Numbered from the stretch's first letter, positions 9,393 through 19,753 are shown. The stretch: 64,000 nt of DNA from Vitreimonas sp. (GCA_035627515.1 DASPLQ010000012.1:135269-199268), one strand, 5' to 3'. A program made the numbers and translations. Notes: generated from the letters alone by a model not told the origin.

Positions 9393-10310
9393 ATGCCATT
9401 AGTTGAAGGTCTCCCCCTCTATCTGCTTGTTACTGGCGAAACTGGCGGCACTGGCGCCACTACCCTCAGTAAAAACTTAAGTTCTCTAGTTGAAGAAAAG
9501 CGTATTACCGCCGGAACTTTATACCGCGCCTTTGCTTATTTGTGGCACTATGAAGCACTCAATCTTGCCACGGAGGATATCTCACAAACCTGGCACCGTT
9601 TTTTAAATACCCTCACTACTCTCGATAGCGAGTATGGCTTGACGGGGATCTGGCACTACTTAGAAACCTCAGACTATCGCCCTATACATCAACCTCAAAA
9701 TGCTCAAATCCTTAATGCTTTCACTCAAACCTTAGAAAGATACAGCCCCACCAATTTAACAATCGATAACTTAACCGACCGAGATATGCTGCGCCAAGCT
9801 ACCGAACTTGCTTATAACAACCTCGGTTTTGTGCTTGATGCAAAGTTGGCAATTATTGCCGAGTATACAGAACAACTCAAGCCATACTACCCTGCGCTGT
9901 GTCTGCCTGCTATTAAAATGCTTCTCTACTCGAGCCCAGCTGTGGCTGATGGCCGCTCGAGTAAACGAGAAAACTCAGCTACAGTGGTTGAGAATGTTTT
10001 AACACGCCGAGATGCCGACTGGAGTCGATATAAAAACTACCGACATGAGAATGGCCAACCTCTACATTATTCAATGCTGAAAGAAGTTCCGGGAGTTATC
10101 AGAATGAACACTGATGAAACTACGGAGCGTACCACTGCTTACTTAGCGTTAGCCCGCATTTCTTCACGCTTGCAAAATATCCAACCCTCACTCTCACCTG
10201 AGTATCAACAAGCGATTAGTCGTGGCTTACCAGTGTTACGAGAAAAACTTAATGAGCTCTACTTCAAAGCCCAATCCGAAAACCCTCCTACGCTACATCC
10301 AGTAAGCTAA
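9393..10310 (+). CDS. Hypothetical protein with a degenerate P-loop-like N-terminus (LLVTGETGGTGATT, no Lys)
   Basis: The ORF and a glycine-rich motif resembling a decayed NMP-kinase P-loop. Confidence 0.4.
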   Translation: MPLVEGLPLYLLVTGETGGTGATTLSKNLSSLVEEKRITAGTLYRAFAYLWHYEALNLATEDISQTWHRFLNTLTTLDSEYGLTGIWHYLETSDYRPIHQPQNAQILNAFTQTLERYSPTNLTIDNLTDRDMLRQATELAYNNLGFVLDAKLAIIAEYTEQLKPYYPALCLPAIKMLLYSSPAVADGRSSKRENSATVVENVLTRRDADWSRYKNYRHENGQPLHYSMLKEVPGVIRMNTDETTERTTAYLALARISSRLQNIQPSLSPEYQQAISRGLPVLREKLNELYFKAQSENPPTLHPVS

Positions 10311-11151
10311 GTGCCCTTTCCAAATCCGCTGTCAACGGCGCGGTGAAACTAACCTGTTCCTGAGTACGAGGGTGCGTAAATTCTAATTGTTCAGCGTGCA
10401 AAAACTGGCGTGGGCACCACGTAGCATCCAAACCTTGGCGCTTTTTACCAGCGTACGTGCTATCACCTACCAGCGGATGCTGTAAGTGAGCCATATGGAC
10501 ACGAATCTGATGCGTCCGTCCCGTCTTAGGCCAACATTTCACCAGCGAAAAGCCTTGGTAAATTTGGCTTTTTTTGCGAATATTTTGGCCCTTGGCGGTG
10601 GGGAGCTCTAAGATTTTCTCGAGATTTAAATGCGGATAAAAAACCTGAACTTCGTACTCGGTGATTGCCGCTCTGCCTTCAGGTTGGACTGCAAACTGCA
10701 GGCGATTATGACTGGCTCTGCCGAGTGGGGCGGATACAACGCCTTTCTCCAGCTTGAACTTACCATGGGTCAAACACAGATACGTTTTACTCACCTGACG
10801 ATCTTTAAATTGGCGCAATAAATGTACCAGCGAACCGGGGTTTTTAGCCAGCAACAACACTCCGCTCGTATCTTTATCCAGGCGATGCACAATTCCCAAG
10901 CGTTCACGAAAAATAGTTTCAGGAGTCCCAAACTGGGCATCAAACTGAGCGGGAATTACCGCTAACCAAGCCTGAGAGTTAGCGATTATCTGCTCTATCC
11001 CAGCAGCTCCACCCAAATATTCCTCCATCCAATCCTGAACAGTCGGTTCAGTTACCGTTTGGGCGCGGTTGAGGACTAAACCTGGAGGTTTATTAATCAG
11101 CAACAGGTCATTGTCTTCAAACAGGATTGTGGGTTTAAGAACGTGTGTCAT
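10288..11151 (-). CDS. RluA-family pseudouridine synthase
   Basis: HRLDKDTSGVLLLAK and THQIRVHMAHL motifs. Confidence 0.8.
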   Translation of the reverse strand: MTHVLKPTILFEDNDLLLINKPPGLVLNRAQTVTEPTVQDWMEEYLGGAAGIEQIIANSQAWLAVIPAQFDAQFGTPETIFRERLGIVHRLDKDTSGVLLLAKNPGSLVHLLRQFKDRQVSKTYLCLTHGKFKLEKGVVSAPLGRASHNRLQFAVQPEGRAAITEYEVQVFYPHLNLEKILELPTAKGQNIRKKSQIYQGFSLVKCWPKTGRTHQIRVHMAHLQHPLVGDSTYAGKKRQGLDATWCPRQFLHAEQLEFTHPRTQEQVSFTAPLTADLERALSLLDVA

Positions 11152-11557
11152 GTGGTGTACTCAGTAAAACTATCATTAGCCATATTACTCCTAGAGCAAT
11201 AGCGTAATCAGCTCCGTTATTATGCAGCGTGGTGAAAGGGACTGGCAACCAATCACGAACTCCAGCTGTGTGTATTCTATCAAGAAGATTAGAAACTCCC
11301 CCACCCAACAATAAACCCAGTGGCACGGGGTATTTGTGGATCCAAGAACGCAACCACCACCCTGTCAGCACCAGCACCCCGGTAATGACGATCATAATTA
11401 CTCCGGCGGAAAACTGAGTGCCTAACCCCCAGGAGATACCAGGATTGATGATGACTTCAATCTGCTGGCTCGCCCAATATTTACTCAGTTGGTCGAAAGT
11501 AATGACTACGACAACGACCAACAAAAAAAGGTTTCTCCCTCGAGTAAGTTGAGACAT
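11135..11557 (-). CDS. lspA: Lipoprotein signal peptidase (signal peptidase II)
   Basis: ISWGLGTQF…NLLDRI…VRDWL motifs and four TM segments. Confidence 0.8.
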   Translation of the reverse strand: MSQLTRGRNLFLLVVVVVITFDQLSKYWASQQIEVIINPGISWGLGTQFSAGVIMIVITGVLVLTGWWLRSWIHKYPVPLGLLLGGGVSNLLDRIHTAGVRDWLPVPFTTLHNNGADYAIALGVIWLMIVLLSTPHDTRS

Positions 11558-11566
11558 AACGTGGTG

Positions 11567-12352
11567 TTACCGCCGAGCAAACAAGGTGCGACCTGACCGT
11601 CGATATAATAACCCACAGCCAAAAACTAAACTGGCTAAGGCTAATAGCGGCTCTAATCTAATCCCTACGAGCTGCCATTGACTGAGCATCAGCGGAGTCA
11701 TTAAGAGATGAAAAGCGCTTACAGCAATAATAAAAACACTGATTAAAAAGCCCGTCTGAGCCGTATTTTTGTTCCCTCGATACCAATTAAACGTCCGATA
11801 TCGATACTCGACTCGTGAAATGTACGTGAAAAGAGCAAAGTAGAAAACGCTTAAGTAAAGTTGTAAGGGGTGATGTTTCTCGACTAACCCAGGGAAAACC
11901 ACACCCCACGGCATGTCTGTGGGGGCACCATAGGCTGAGCCATCAAAAAACAAGCCCAAATAAAAAATACTCAAGCTTAGACTGACAGCTTGAATCCAAA
12001 AGTCTAAAATTTCAAACGTATCCCATTTGTTCAAATCCGCTAAACGGTATAAATAGAGCCCGGCACCGATTAATCCCAAACTCCAGCTAAAACCAGGGTG
12101 GTTACCGATATCAATCCATTTGATGACATCTAAACCAAAATAACTAAATTGGGTAATGATGAAGCCAATCCGCCCAACTAATAAGCCCAATAAAAAAGTT
12201 AACAAAAATGCATCCATCACCTCAAATTCGCTATAGTGCTCTTCCCGACCCTTGCGCCAAAAAATAAAAGCCCACATCAAGAAGGCCAGTACTAAAAAGA
12301 GGCTTAAGGTGCGCAACTCAAATCTACCGATACTCAACAAGACTGGAAACAT
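11567..12352 (-). CDS. lgt: Prolipoprotein diacylglyceryl transferase
   Basis: GNHPGFSWSLG and PWGVVFPG motifs. The lgt-lspA pair occurs together. Confidence 0.85.
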   Translation of the reverse strand: MFPVLLSIGRFELRTLSLFLVLAFLMWAFIFWRKGREEHYSEFEVMDAFLLTFLLGLLVGRIGFIITQFSYFGLDVIKWIDIGNHPGFSWSLGLIGAGLYLYRLADLNKWDTFEILDFWIQAVSLSLSIFYLGLFFDGSAYGAPTDMPWGVVFPGLVEKHHPLQLYLSVFYFALFTYISRVEYRYRTFNWYRGNKNTAQTGFLISVFIIAVSAFHLLMTPLMLSQWQLVGIRLEPLLALASLVFGCGLLYRRSGRTLFARR

Positions 12353-12407
12353 AGATATATATCATACAATTGATCAAGATAACTTCAAACAGGTACAATA
12401 CGTCGGT

Positions 12408-12854
12408 ATGTTATCTATCTCGCACGCTTTAACAGGCGCTTTTATTGCTAGTAAACTGACCCATCCCGCTCTCTACCTCCCGCTGACCTTGGCCGCACAT
12501 TACTTCGAGGACTGGGTTCCCCACTGGGATGTTGGCACAGGCTTGAGCACGGGTAAACGTAAAAAAAGTACGGCCATTATTCTAGAATTTGCTGAGTTAG
12601 GCGTCACCCTGGGACTATTAGCGCTGTTTTGCTATGACAAACCTCAGGAACTGTGGCTGCACATTGGGCTGGCCGCTTTTACAGGTTTAGTGCCAGATTT
12701 TTTGGAAGCACCACGCAATTTTTTGAAATGGGAGCCATTTTTCTTAAAACCGTTTAATGACTTCCATAATTTATTTCACCACTCCACTCCCAATATGATG
12801 TTGGGACTCTTGCCACAGGTGATTTTGGTGGTCGGGGTGTTTTTGTTGGGGTGA
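12408..12854 (+). CDS. Hypothetical membrane protein. The start is set at the internal Met to avoid a 100-nt overlap with lgt.
   Basis: Hydrophobic segments. The track ORF begins inside the lgt N-terminus on the opposite strand. Confidence 0.4.
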   Translation: MLSISHALTGAFIASKLTHPALYLPLTLAAHYFEDWVPHWDVGTGLSTGKRKKSTAIILEFAELGVTLGLLALFCYDKPQELWLHIGLAAFTGLVPDFLEAPRNFLKWEPFFLKPFNDFHNLFHHSTPNMMLGLLPQVILVVGVFLLG

Positions 12855-13219
12855 GGCCGGTTGGCCACACCTTCTTTCAATAAAACGTCATTTAAAAGTT
12901 ACACTTTAAGGCTGAAGTGCCATCTTTAGATGACAGATTGTGAAACCCACAACACCTTTTCCTCGCTCTCACTGATCCTCAACAAATGAGCCAGTTTACT
13001 AAACAAGACATAGAAGCACTTAAAGCCATAGTGACACGTGTCGCTCATGATCTGTCTGAAAGCAGTGAAAACTACTTTGTGTTAGGCGTGTCAAATTTTC
13101 CGAAAAACGAATTCGCAACTATTTAAATAGTTTAATGTCACAAAATTTGCAGAAGCTCAGAAAACCAGCTGCCTAAAACCTGGGGAAAAGATATAAGTAA
13201 CTTTAAAAAAGGTGAAAAC

Positions 13220-13306
13220 TGGTGGCGCGGGAGGGAATCGAACCCTCACGAGGTTGCCCTCATAGGTTTTTGAGACCTACGCGTCTACCGATTCCGCCAC
13301 CGCGCC
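13220..13306 (-). tRNA. tRNA-Leu(CAA), type II with a long variable arm and an encoded CCA
   Basis: The reverse complement gives GGCGCGG…GGTTCGATTCCCTCCCGCGCCACCA. The anticodon loop CUCAAAA gives anticodon CAA. The extra arm is CTATGAGGGCAACCTCGTGAGG. Confidence 0.85.
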
Positions 13307-13441
13307 GAGAAGTCTTACATTAAAAGAGATTGCTGTTGGTAGTAAAGACGCAGCAATTCCTGACGTGGTGATTATATACTACTTTTGGCCGGTCGTAAGC
13401 GGTGAAGTCGCTCTTTCTTATCTTTACGCACTCCCTCCACC

Positions 13442-13717
13442 TTGCTTTTGTTTCTAATTCTCAGTATCTTAAAATATATGGAGTTTTTTCGAGAAATTTT
13501 TTATGCTCTGTTTGCAGTAGATAGCATTTGGTCGGTCATTATGCGTGGAGTGATTTGGTTGTGCATTTCGCTAGTGATTATTGTCAGTTCCGACGCTCCC
13601 GATCCTGAAAGTTCATTGAAAAGCTTGAAGTCCAACTTGGGATTTTTCTTGATGTTTATTATCTTGTCTGGCGCCTTAGTCGGGATGTTATTTGGCTTCA
13701 CTCGCTCACCAGCCTAG
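13442..13717 (+). CDS. Small hypothetical membrane protein (2 TM)
   Basis: A hydrophobic ORF next to a tRNA gene. There is no SD check, so confidence is low. Confidence 0.3.
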   Translation: MLLFLILSILKYMEFFREIFYALFAVDSIWSVIMRGVIWLCISLVIIVSSDAPDPESSLKSLKSNLGFFLMFIILSGALVGMLFGFTRSPA

Positions 13718-13760
13718 CTCTGACATTTACATCTTATTATTTCAAATTCAAAAATAAACC

Positions 13761-15071
13761 TTAGCGTCTGGTTTCCATACCATAGAACTTGATGCGTTCG
13801 CCGCGGAAGTAGAGATCAATGTCACCTAAAGCACCGTTACGGTGCTTGGCCACTTTCAAGCTGACTGACTCGCGAATATCGTCATCTTTGCGATACAAAA
13901 ATAGCACTACGTCTGCGTCTTGTTCGATAGAACCCGATTCGCGTAAATCAGATAATTGTGGCGTCTTCTCTCCCCGACTTTCTACAGCCCGAGATAACTG
14001 TGATAACGCCAAAACCGGCACTTTTAATTCCCGAGCGATATTCTTCAAGCCTTGGGAAATCTCTGCCACCTCTTGGACGCGATTATCTTTCGTCCGCCCA
14101 TGAGCCAACTGCAAATAATCGACAATAATAAAATCAATTTGGTGCTCAGTCATTAACCGCCGAGCTTTGGTGCGCATCTCAAAGATTGATAAGCCAGGGG
14201 TATCATCAATAAAAATCTGAGCATCTGCCAGCACTCCCATTGCATCGGACAACTTCAAAAAGTCCTGTTGATCGAGGCGACCAGTTTTGAGCCGCCAGGC
14301 ATCAATGTCAGCTTGGGCCACTAATAACCGATCTACTAACTCTTCACGACTCATTTCTAGAGAGAAATAACCAATTTTTTTCTTGGCGACTACCGAAACA
14401 TATTGGGCAATATTTAAGGAAAAGGCTGTCTTACCCATACCTGGTCGCGCAGCTAAAATAATTAAGTTAGATTTCTGCATGCCAGCTAAAAGGTTATCGA
14501 GATCAGCAAAACCCGTTGGGACACCACGCAGCTCACTCCCCGAGCGTTGTAACTCATCGAGCCGCTCAAAACTCTCTGCCAAGGTATCTTTGATCGGCGT
14601 AAAGGCCCGTTGAGAACTGCTTTGTGAAACTGCAAACACGCGTTGCTCCACAATGTCTAAAATATCCTGTGCCTCTTTACCCTCATCAAAGGCTAACTCA
14701 GACACCTCGCTGGAAAGCGTAATTAATGTCCGTTTCACAGCAGCTTCAGCCACGAGCTTGGCATAATCGACCACGTTGGCAGCGGTGGAAACCGCATTTG
14801 ATAACTGAGCAATCGTGGAGGCGCCGCCTGCGGCATCCAGTTTTTTCATTTTCTTGAGCTGATTACTCAAGGTGACTGCGTCGATAGGCTGGCGTTTTTC
14901 ATATAAGGCCTGCATGGCCTCGAACAGAACCTGGTGTTTAGGATCGTAAAAACTATCTGGCCGCACAATTTCAGCGATTTGAATATAGGCTTCAGGATCG
15001 ATCAAGATCGAGCCTAAGACTGACTCTTCAGCAGTCAGATCGTGCGGAGGAATTTTAGGCTGAGCGGCCAT
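13761..15071 (-). CDS. dnaB: Replicative DNA helicase
   Basis: The Walker A motif GMGKTAF, an N-terminal DnaB domain and the IVDYLQL motif. Confidence 0.9.
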   Translation of the reverse strand: MAAQPKIPPHDLTAEESVLGSILIDPEAYIQIAEIVRPDSFYDPKHQVLFEAMQALYEKRQPIDAVTLSNQLKKMKKLDAAGGASTIAQLSNAVSTAANVVDYAKLVAEAAVKRTLITLSSEVSELAFDEGKEAQDILDIVEQRVFAVSQSSSQRAFTPIKDTLAESFERLDELQRSGSELRGVPTGFADLDNLLAGMQKSNLIILAARPGMGKTAFSLNIAQYVSVVAKKKIGYFSLEMSREELVDRLLVAQADIDAWRLKTGRLDQQDFLKLSDAMGVLADAQIFIDDTPGLSIFEMRTKARRLMTEHQIDFIIVDYLQLAHGRTKDNRVQEVAEISQGLKNIARELKVPVLALSQLSRAVESRGEKTPQLSDLRESGSIEQDADVVLFLYRKDDDIRESVSLKVAKHRNGALGDIDLYFRGERIKFYGMETRR

Positions 15072-15083
15072 ACGGTATTGCCT

Positions 15084-15740
15084 TTATGATTGTAAAACCA
15101 CTAACTCTGTTTCTTCTGGTAACTTGCCTTTATCAACACTCAATTTAGCCACCGGCGCCGGAGCTGCTCCATATTCAGTCAAAAAGTCCTGCAATGTCTT
15201 GAGGTCACTAAAGACTTTATCATCGTGCTGATCTGTTCGGTAATGCATGGGGATGGCATAACTTGGCTCAAGGATATTGATGGTCTTGACCGCTAGTACC
15301 GGGTCAATCGTAAAGTGACCACCTACCGGACACAACACCACGTCTACGTCACCAATTTCTGATAGTTGATCAGTGGTAAGCTCATGCCCTAGATCACCCA
15401 AATGACAAATGCGAATGCCATCAATCAGAATTGTGTAGACTGTATTAATCCCCCGCTCTACACCTTGATGAGCATCATGAAATGTTTTGACACCAAAGAC
15501 TGAAATTCCAGCCACTTCGTACTCACCTAATTCAGAAATAATAAAAGGCTTTTCTCGGCGGGCGGTAGCGGTAATTCTCCCCACTTCATTATGATCAGGG
15601 TGGGCGTGCGAAATCGTCACCACATCTGCTGCCACTTTCGGCATGCTAAACCCCACATATTCATTGTAAGGATCAGTGACGACCGTGCCCACTTTCCCCG
15701 CAATTTTGAAACTTGAATGACCGAGATACGTAATATCCAT
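15084..15740 (-). CDS. MBL-fold metal-dependent hydrolase (UPF0173-like)
   Basis: MDITYLGHSSF…HAHPDH motifs. The start is set at MDITYLGH. Confidence 0.7.
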   Translation of the reverse strand: MDITYLGHSSFKIAGKVGTVVTDPYNEYVGFSMPKVAADVVTISHAHPDHNEVGRITATARREKPFIISELGEYEVAGISVFGVKTFHDAHQGVERGINTVYTILIDGIRICHLGDLGHELTTDQLSEIGDVDVVLCPVGGHFTIDPVLAVKTINILEPSYAIPMHYRTDQHDDKVFSDLKTLQDFLTEYGAAPAPVAKLSVDKGKLPEETELVVLQS

Positions 15741-15860
15741 AATGCTCCTCCGTGTGTCACAGGATACCAAATGATCCTCTCCGGAACAAGCACAGTCACT
15801 CTTGCAGAGGGTTTAGAGGTTCAAATTCAGAGATAACTGGCATATAATGAGTGTTCCGTT

Positions 15861-16406
15861 ATGAGAAAAGAATTGGTTATCGCCATCTTAATCGGCCTGT
15901 CTCTAGGGTTGTTTATTACCTACGGGGTATATACAGCTCGGACAGCCTTTAGAAAGCCAGCGCCTCATATTGCTGCTACTCCAAGCCCAGCCCCTTCCGG
16001 TGAACCAGTAGCCACTAATATAGCTTTGGTTTCCCCTCAAGACGAAAGCGTTCAAACTAAAAAAGAAGTAACCGTGACTGGCACGACCGTGGCTGACGCT
16101 TTTGTGGTGATTTTTGTCAATGACGCCGAAACTATTACTTCTGCTGACAGCTCTGGAAATTTCTCGGTGGAAACTGTTTTGGAACCAGGAAGCAACCTCA
16201 TCACTATTCAGGTCATCGATGAAGATGGACGCGTCAGTACTCATGAGCGTACTGTGGTCTATCTAACAGATGCCCTCACCCGCACTGACGGCAGCACAGC
16301 TGAAGCTACCCCCTCAGCTTCGAAAAAACCCAGTGCCACCGCCTCGCCCACTACTCGGCCTACTTCTAGTCCCAAAGTAACAGCTAGCCCCAGTCCTAAG
16401 CCCTAA
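15861..16406 (+). CDS. Secreted or membrane-anchored protein with an Ig-like middle region and a Ser/Thr/Pro-rich tail
   Basis: An N-terminal TM/signal segment and an STP-rich C-terminus. Confidence 0.5.
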   Translation: MRKELVIAILIGLSLGLFITYGVYTARTAFRKPAPHIAATPSPAPSGEPVATNIALVSPQDESVQTKKEVTVTGTTVADAFVVIFVNDAETITSADSSGNFSVETVLEPGSNLITIQVIDEDGRVSTHERTVVYLTDALTRTDGSTAEATPSASKKPSATASPTTRPTSSPKVTASPSPKP

Positions 16407-16409
16407 CGT

Positions 16410-17138
16410 ATGTTAAAACTACATTCTTTACCACTCTTTTTTTTACTCCTGAGCTTGAATGTAACTGGGTTGGGAATGGTATCTGCCTTCACTCCTGCTC
16501 CCATTTGGGCCCAAACACCCTCGCCTGCAGCTGAATCCACCACTCAAAAACTTAAAGAACGTATTGAAAAAGTCGTTGAAGAAAAACGCGACCAAGTGAA
16601 AGGCGTTCTCGACGAAATCACCGGCAAAAAACGTGGCTTTATTGGGGAAGTCCAGCGCGTCTCAGCTGAATCAATTACCCTCAAAACTAACAAAGGTACG
16701 ACCATTCTCCCGCTGAGTGAGAGTATGAAATTATCCAAAAAAAATCGTGTCATCAAGTATGAAGATATCGCGATTGGTGACTGGGTAATTGTAATTGGTG
16801 GCAACGCTGATGATGACTTTGTCCCTGAACACATTATGGTCTCGGCTACTTCTCTTCGGCCTACGCCTAAAACCGTAATGGTCGGGAGCGTGGAAGCCAT
16901 CACCAAAACTGAGCTTACCGTCTCTCCCCGCTCCGGAGCAGAGTCACAAGATTTTACGCTCGCCAAAGGGACCGTTTATCAAGATTTAGAAGGCACGACC
17001 GCCGCGTTGAAAAACTTTACCACTGATATTCAAGTGTTAGTGATTGGCAAACAAACAACAAATGGTTGGGAAGCCGTAGTGGTCAAGTCATTAGCCCCCT
17101 TGAACACTCCTAGCCCTTCACCTAAAGCTAAACCATGA
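16410..17138 (+). CDS. Secreted hypothetical protein
   Basis: A signal peptide (…LGMVSAFTPAPIWAQ) and Pro-rich ends. Confidence 0.5.
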   Translation: MLKLHSLPLFFLLLSLNVTGLGMVSAFTPAPIWAQTPSPAAESTTQKLKERIEKVVEEKRDQVKGVLDEITGKKRGFIGEVQRVSAESITLKTNKGTTILPLSESMKLSKKNRVIKYEDIAIGDWVIVIGGNADDDFVPEHIMVSATSLRPTPKTVMVGSVEAITKTELTVSPRSGAESQDFTLAKGTVYQDLEGTTAALKNFTTDIQVLVIGKQTTNGWEAVVVKSLAPLNTPSPSPKAKP

Positions 17139-18193
17139 GAATTGACCAGCTTCAAAAAAATTTAAGTGCTCAAGAAGGCATTTTATTAGCCAATCCCAGC
17201 GATGTGAGTTACTTCACCGGTTTTGAGATCTTAGTTCCAGAAGAGCGAGAGGCTTTACTGCTGATAACTGCTGAGGCTAGCATCTTATTTCATGCTACTT
17301 TCTCACCTGTCCCCAATCAGCCAGGAGTGATAGCTTTATCAGGTTGCAGCCCGGAAAAGCTACTTGGTCATTTTCAAAATTACCCACCCCTCAAAGCGAT
17401 TCGTAAAATCTCGGTTGATACCACCAGCTTATTTGTAAATGAGTATCAAGCTCTCGAAAAAGCCGGCTTAGAACTCTCACCCTTTGACCGCAACCTTAGC
17501 TGGAGTATCCGAGCCATTAAAGATGCTCAAGAAATTGAGCTCCTCAAAAAAGCCGGTGAAATTGCCCAACAGACGTATCAGGCCGTCATCACTCAGCTCA
17601 AGCCTGGTATTACTGAAGAAACGGTCAAAGAATGGTTAGAACTTGAGCTGCGACGACGCGGTGCTCAACGCCCCGCCTTTCCCACCATTGTCTGTTTTGG
17701 TGCTCACGGTGCTCTACCTCATCACCAACCCACTTCACAGGCATTACAGCCTGAAACACCAGTCCTGATTGACTTTGGCGCCACCTACCAAGGCTACCGC
17801 TCCGATATGACACGAAGCTTTTGGTTTGGAACTCAGCCCTCTGCTGAATTTCAAAAAGTAGAAAAACTCGTCACCTCAGCATATGACGCCGCACTTGCCC
17901 TCATCAAAGATCGAAATGCTACCACGATAGTGACAGCCAGCCAACTCGACCAGGCTGCCCGGACACTCATTGACCAAGCCGGATATGGCAAGGCGTTTAT
18001 TCATACCACTGGGCATGGTGTCGGCTTAGACATCCATGAACAACCGTCGTTATATCAAACAAATACCACTCGTCTCCAGCCGGGAATGGTGATTACTATT
18101 GAACCGGGCATTTATTTGGTGGATAATTTTGGCTATCGCTACGAAAACACTGTTTTAATTACCGAAAAAAGCGCTCAAGAACTGACACTCTAA
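17135..18193 (+). CDS. M24-family Xaa-Pro aminopeptidase
   Basis: HTTGHGVGLDIHEQP, ITIEPGIY and DNFGYRYENTV motifs. Confidence 0.8.
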   Translation: MRIDQLQKNLSAQEGILLANPSDVSYFTGFEILVPEEREALLLITAEASILFHATFSPVPNQPGVIALSGCSPEKLLGHFQNYPPLKAIRKISVDTTSLFVNEYQALEKAGLELSPFDRNLSWSIRAIKDAQEIELLKKAGEIAQQTYQAVITQLKPGITEETVKEWLELELRRRGAQRPAFPTIVCFGAHGALPHHQPTSQALQPETPVLIDFGATYQGYRSDMTRSFWFGTQPSAEFQKVEKLVTSAYDAALALIKDRNATTIVTASQLDQAARTLIDQAGYGKAFIHTTGHGVGLDIHEQPSLYQTNTTRLQPGMVITIEPGIYLVDNFGYRYENTVLITEKSAQELTL

Positions 18194-18196
18194 CGT

Positions 18197-18706
18197 ATGC
18201 TGACTCGCCTCCTCACTGCCCAAGATGGTGCCGAGTACCAACGGTTGCGCTTGCAATCTCTGGTGGCTGAGCCTGATAGCTTTCTGAGTGATATCAGCAG
18301 CGAAGAAGGTAAACATGAATCGAGCTTCGCCCTTGAGTTAGACTATGCTTACCACCCACCGTATTTTGGTTTTTTTGGGAGTTTTCAAGACGAGAAGCTA
18401 CTGGCATACTGCCAGGTCCAACGCTCCTTCACCGATAAGCAGATGCACATTGCTTTTCTTTATAACCTCTATGTTGATAAAGGCTATCGTGGTCAGGGAT
18501 ATGGCCGTGGTTTAATGAACCATGTTTTAGAGCTACTCAATTCACATGAACATATCGAGCGTATCTTTTTATCGTGTAACTCTAAAAATAAGTATGGTCT
18601 TCAGTTTTATAAAAAAATGGGTTTTCACCGCTGTGGGATTCGTCCCCGTAGCATCAAATGGCACGGCGTGTATGATGATGAAATCGAGATGGTGAAGGTG
18701 CTCTAA
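18197..18706 (+). CDS. GNAT-family N-acetyltransferase
   Basis: LYVDKGYRGQGYGRGLMNHVLE matches the acetyl-CoA-binding motif. Confidence 0.7.
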   Translation: MLTRLLTAQDGAEYQRLRLQSLVAEPDSFLSDISSEEGKHESSFALELDYAYHPPYFGFFGSFQDEKLLAYCQVQRSFTDKQMHIAFLYNLYVDKGYRGQGYGRGLMNHVLELLNSHEHIERIFLSCNSKNKYGLQFYKKMGFHRCGIRPRSIKWHGVYDDEIEMVKVL

Positions 18707-18724
18707 GGAAGGTTGGGTAGATTG

Positions 18725-18795
18725 TGGACTCACGGGGAATTGAACCCCGAACCTACCCATGCGAAGGGTATGTTATACCGTTTAACTATGAGCCC
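18725..18795 (-). tRNA. tRNA-Ala(CGC); no CCA is encoded
   Basis: The reverse complement gives GGGCTCATAG…TTCGCAT…GGTTCGGGGTTCAATTCCCCGTGAGTCCA. It carries the Ala identity pair G3:U70 and anticodon CGC. Confidence 0.8.
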
Positions 18796-18867
18796 TTTTT
18801 GGCTCGATTATTGTATCTTAGATAGGCTAAATTTGCAGCGACCGGCCTTGATCAATGGTGTACACTA

Positions 18868-19185
18868 ATGGGTATGTTTAACCTTTCACACTCTCCCGCC
18901 GAAAAAAAACTCCTCCAAGCACTTTTGACGCTGAAAACGGAAGCTGAAGTTAAAGATTTTCTGGTTGATTTACTCACCCCAGCTGAGTTAGAAGAGTTTG
19001 TCAAACGCTTCCAAATGGCTACTCTATTGTGGACCACCAAAAAATCATACTTGGAAATAGCTCAGGAAGTAGATACCAGTACTACCACGGTCACGCGCGT
19101 GGCCCGTTTCTTATTTAAAGAACCTTTCCAAGGTTACATGACAGCGCTCAAACGGTTATATCCAAAAATCAAACCTGCGCGGTAA
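18868..19185 (+). CDS. TrpR-related YerC/YecD-family DNA-binding protein
   Basis: LLTPAELEEFVKRFQ…SYLEIAQEVDTSTTTVTRVAR is an HTH of the YerC/YecD type. Confidence 0.6.
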   Translation: MGMFNLSHSPAEKKLLQALLTLKTEAEVKDFLVDLLTPAELEEFVKRFQMATLLWTTKKSYLEIAQEVDTSTTTVTRVARFLFKEPFQGYMTALKRLYPKIKPAR

Positions 19186-19192
19186 TTTTACC

Positions 19193-19630
19193 TCAAGCTA
19201 ATTTAAGGTGAGTTTTAATGGTTGTGATCTCATGGTCATGTTCATCGAGTTTATCGCGGTGTTTGGTGAGTTGGTGCACAATCACCGTTTGCTCTTCACG
19301 AATTGCCTGTAATTCCCCCATCACATCGGCAAAACGACCAATGGTTTCGGATCGAAAAGCCCTCATTTCGGATTTAAAGCTTTCTGCATCTGATTTAACT
19401 TCACTTATTTCTGTTTTTAATTCAGTACATAATTCTTGCAACTCTTTTTTAGTGGCAAACGTAGCTTTATTGATCTTATTCTGTTCATCAAACATCCGCT
19501 GGACACCCGTCAGAATGGCTTCGCTCATTTCAGCGCCAAAAGCAGTAAAACGCTCATCCAGAATTTCCTTGAGACGTTGCTCAGTGACATACTTAGTACG
19601 GGCAGTGGAAGATGATTTCTTGGTGGTCAT
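19193..19630 (-). CDS. Coiled-coil hypothetical protein
   Basis: A heptad-rich charged sequence with no catalytic motif. Confidence 0.45.
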   Translation of the reverse strand: MTTKKSSSTARTKYVTEQRLKEILDERFTAFGAEMSEAILTGVQRMFDEQNKINKATFATKKELQELCTELKTEISEVKSDAESFKSEMRAFRSETIGRFADVMGELQAIREEQTVIVHQLTKHRDKLDEHDHEITTIKTHLKLA

Positions 19631-19753
19631 CTGTCTTATTATAGCTAGAATTCTTTACTCTAGCTTTACTATAAGTAAGAAAGATTGATCAACTTTTTTG
19701 GCTCCAATTTAAGTCAAGTAGCAGTTAACTAAATATGTTATTGTATTAACATA

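Noticed and set aside
12986-13126. 46-aa ORF MSQFTKQDIEALKAIVTRVAHDLSESSENYFVLGVSNFPKNEFATI in the lgt/tRNA-Leu spacer
   Set aside because: There is no SD and no recognisable motif. It could be real but the evidence is insufficient, so I kept it as an observation only.
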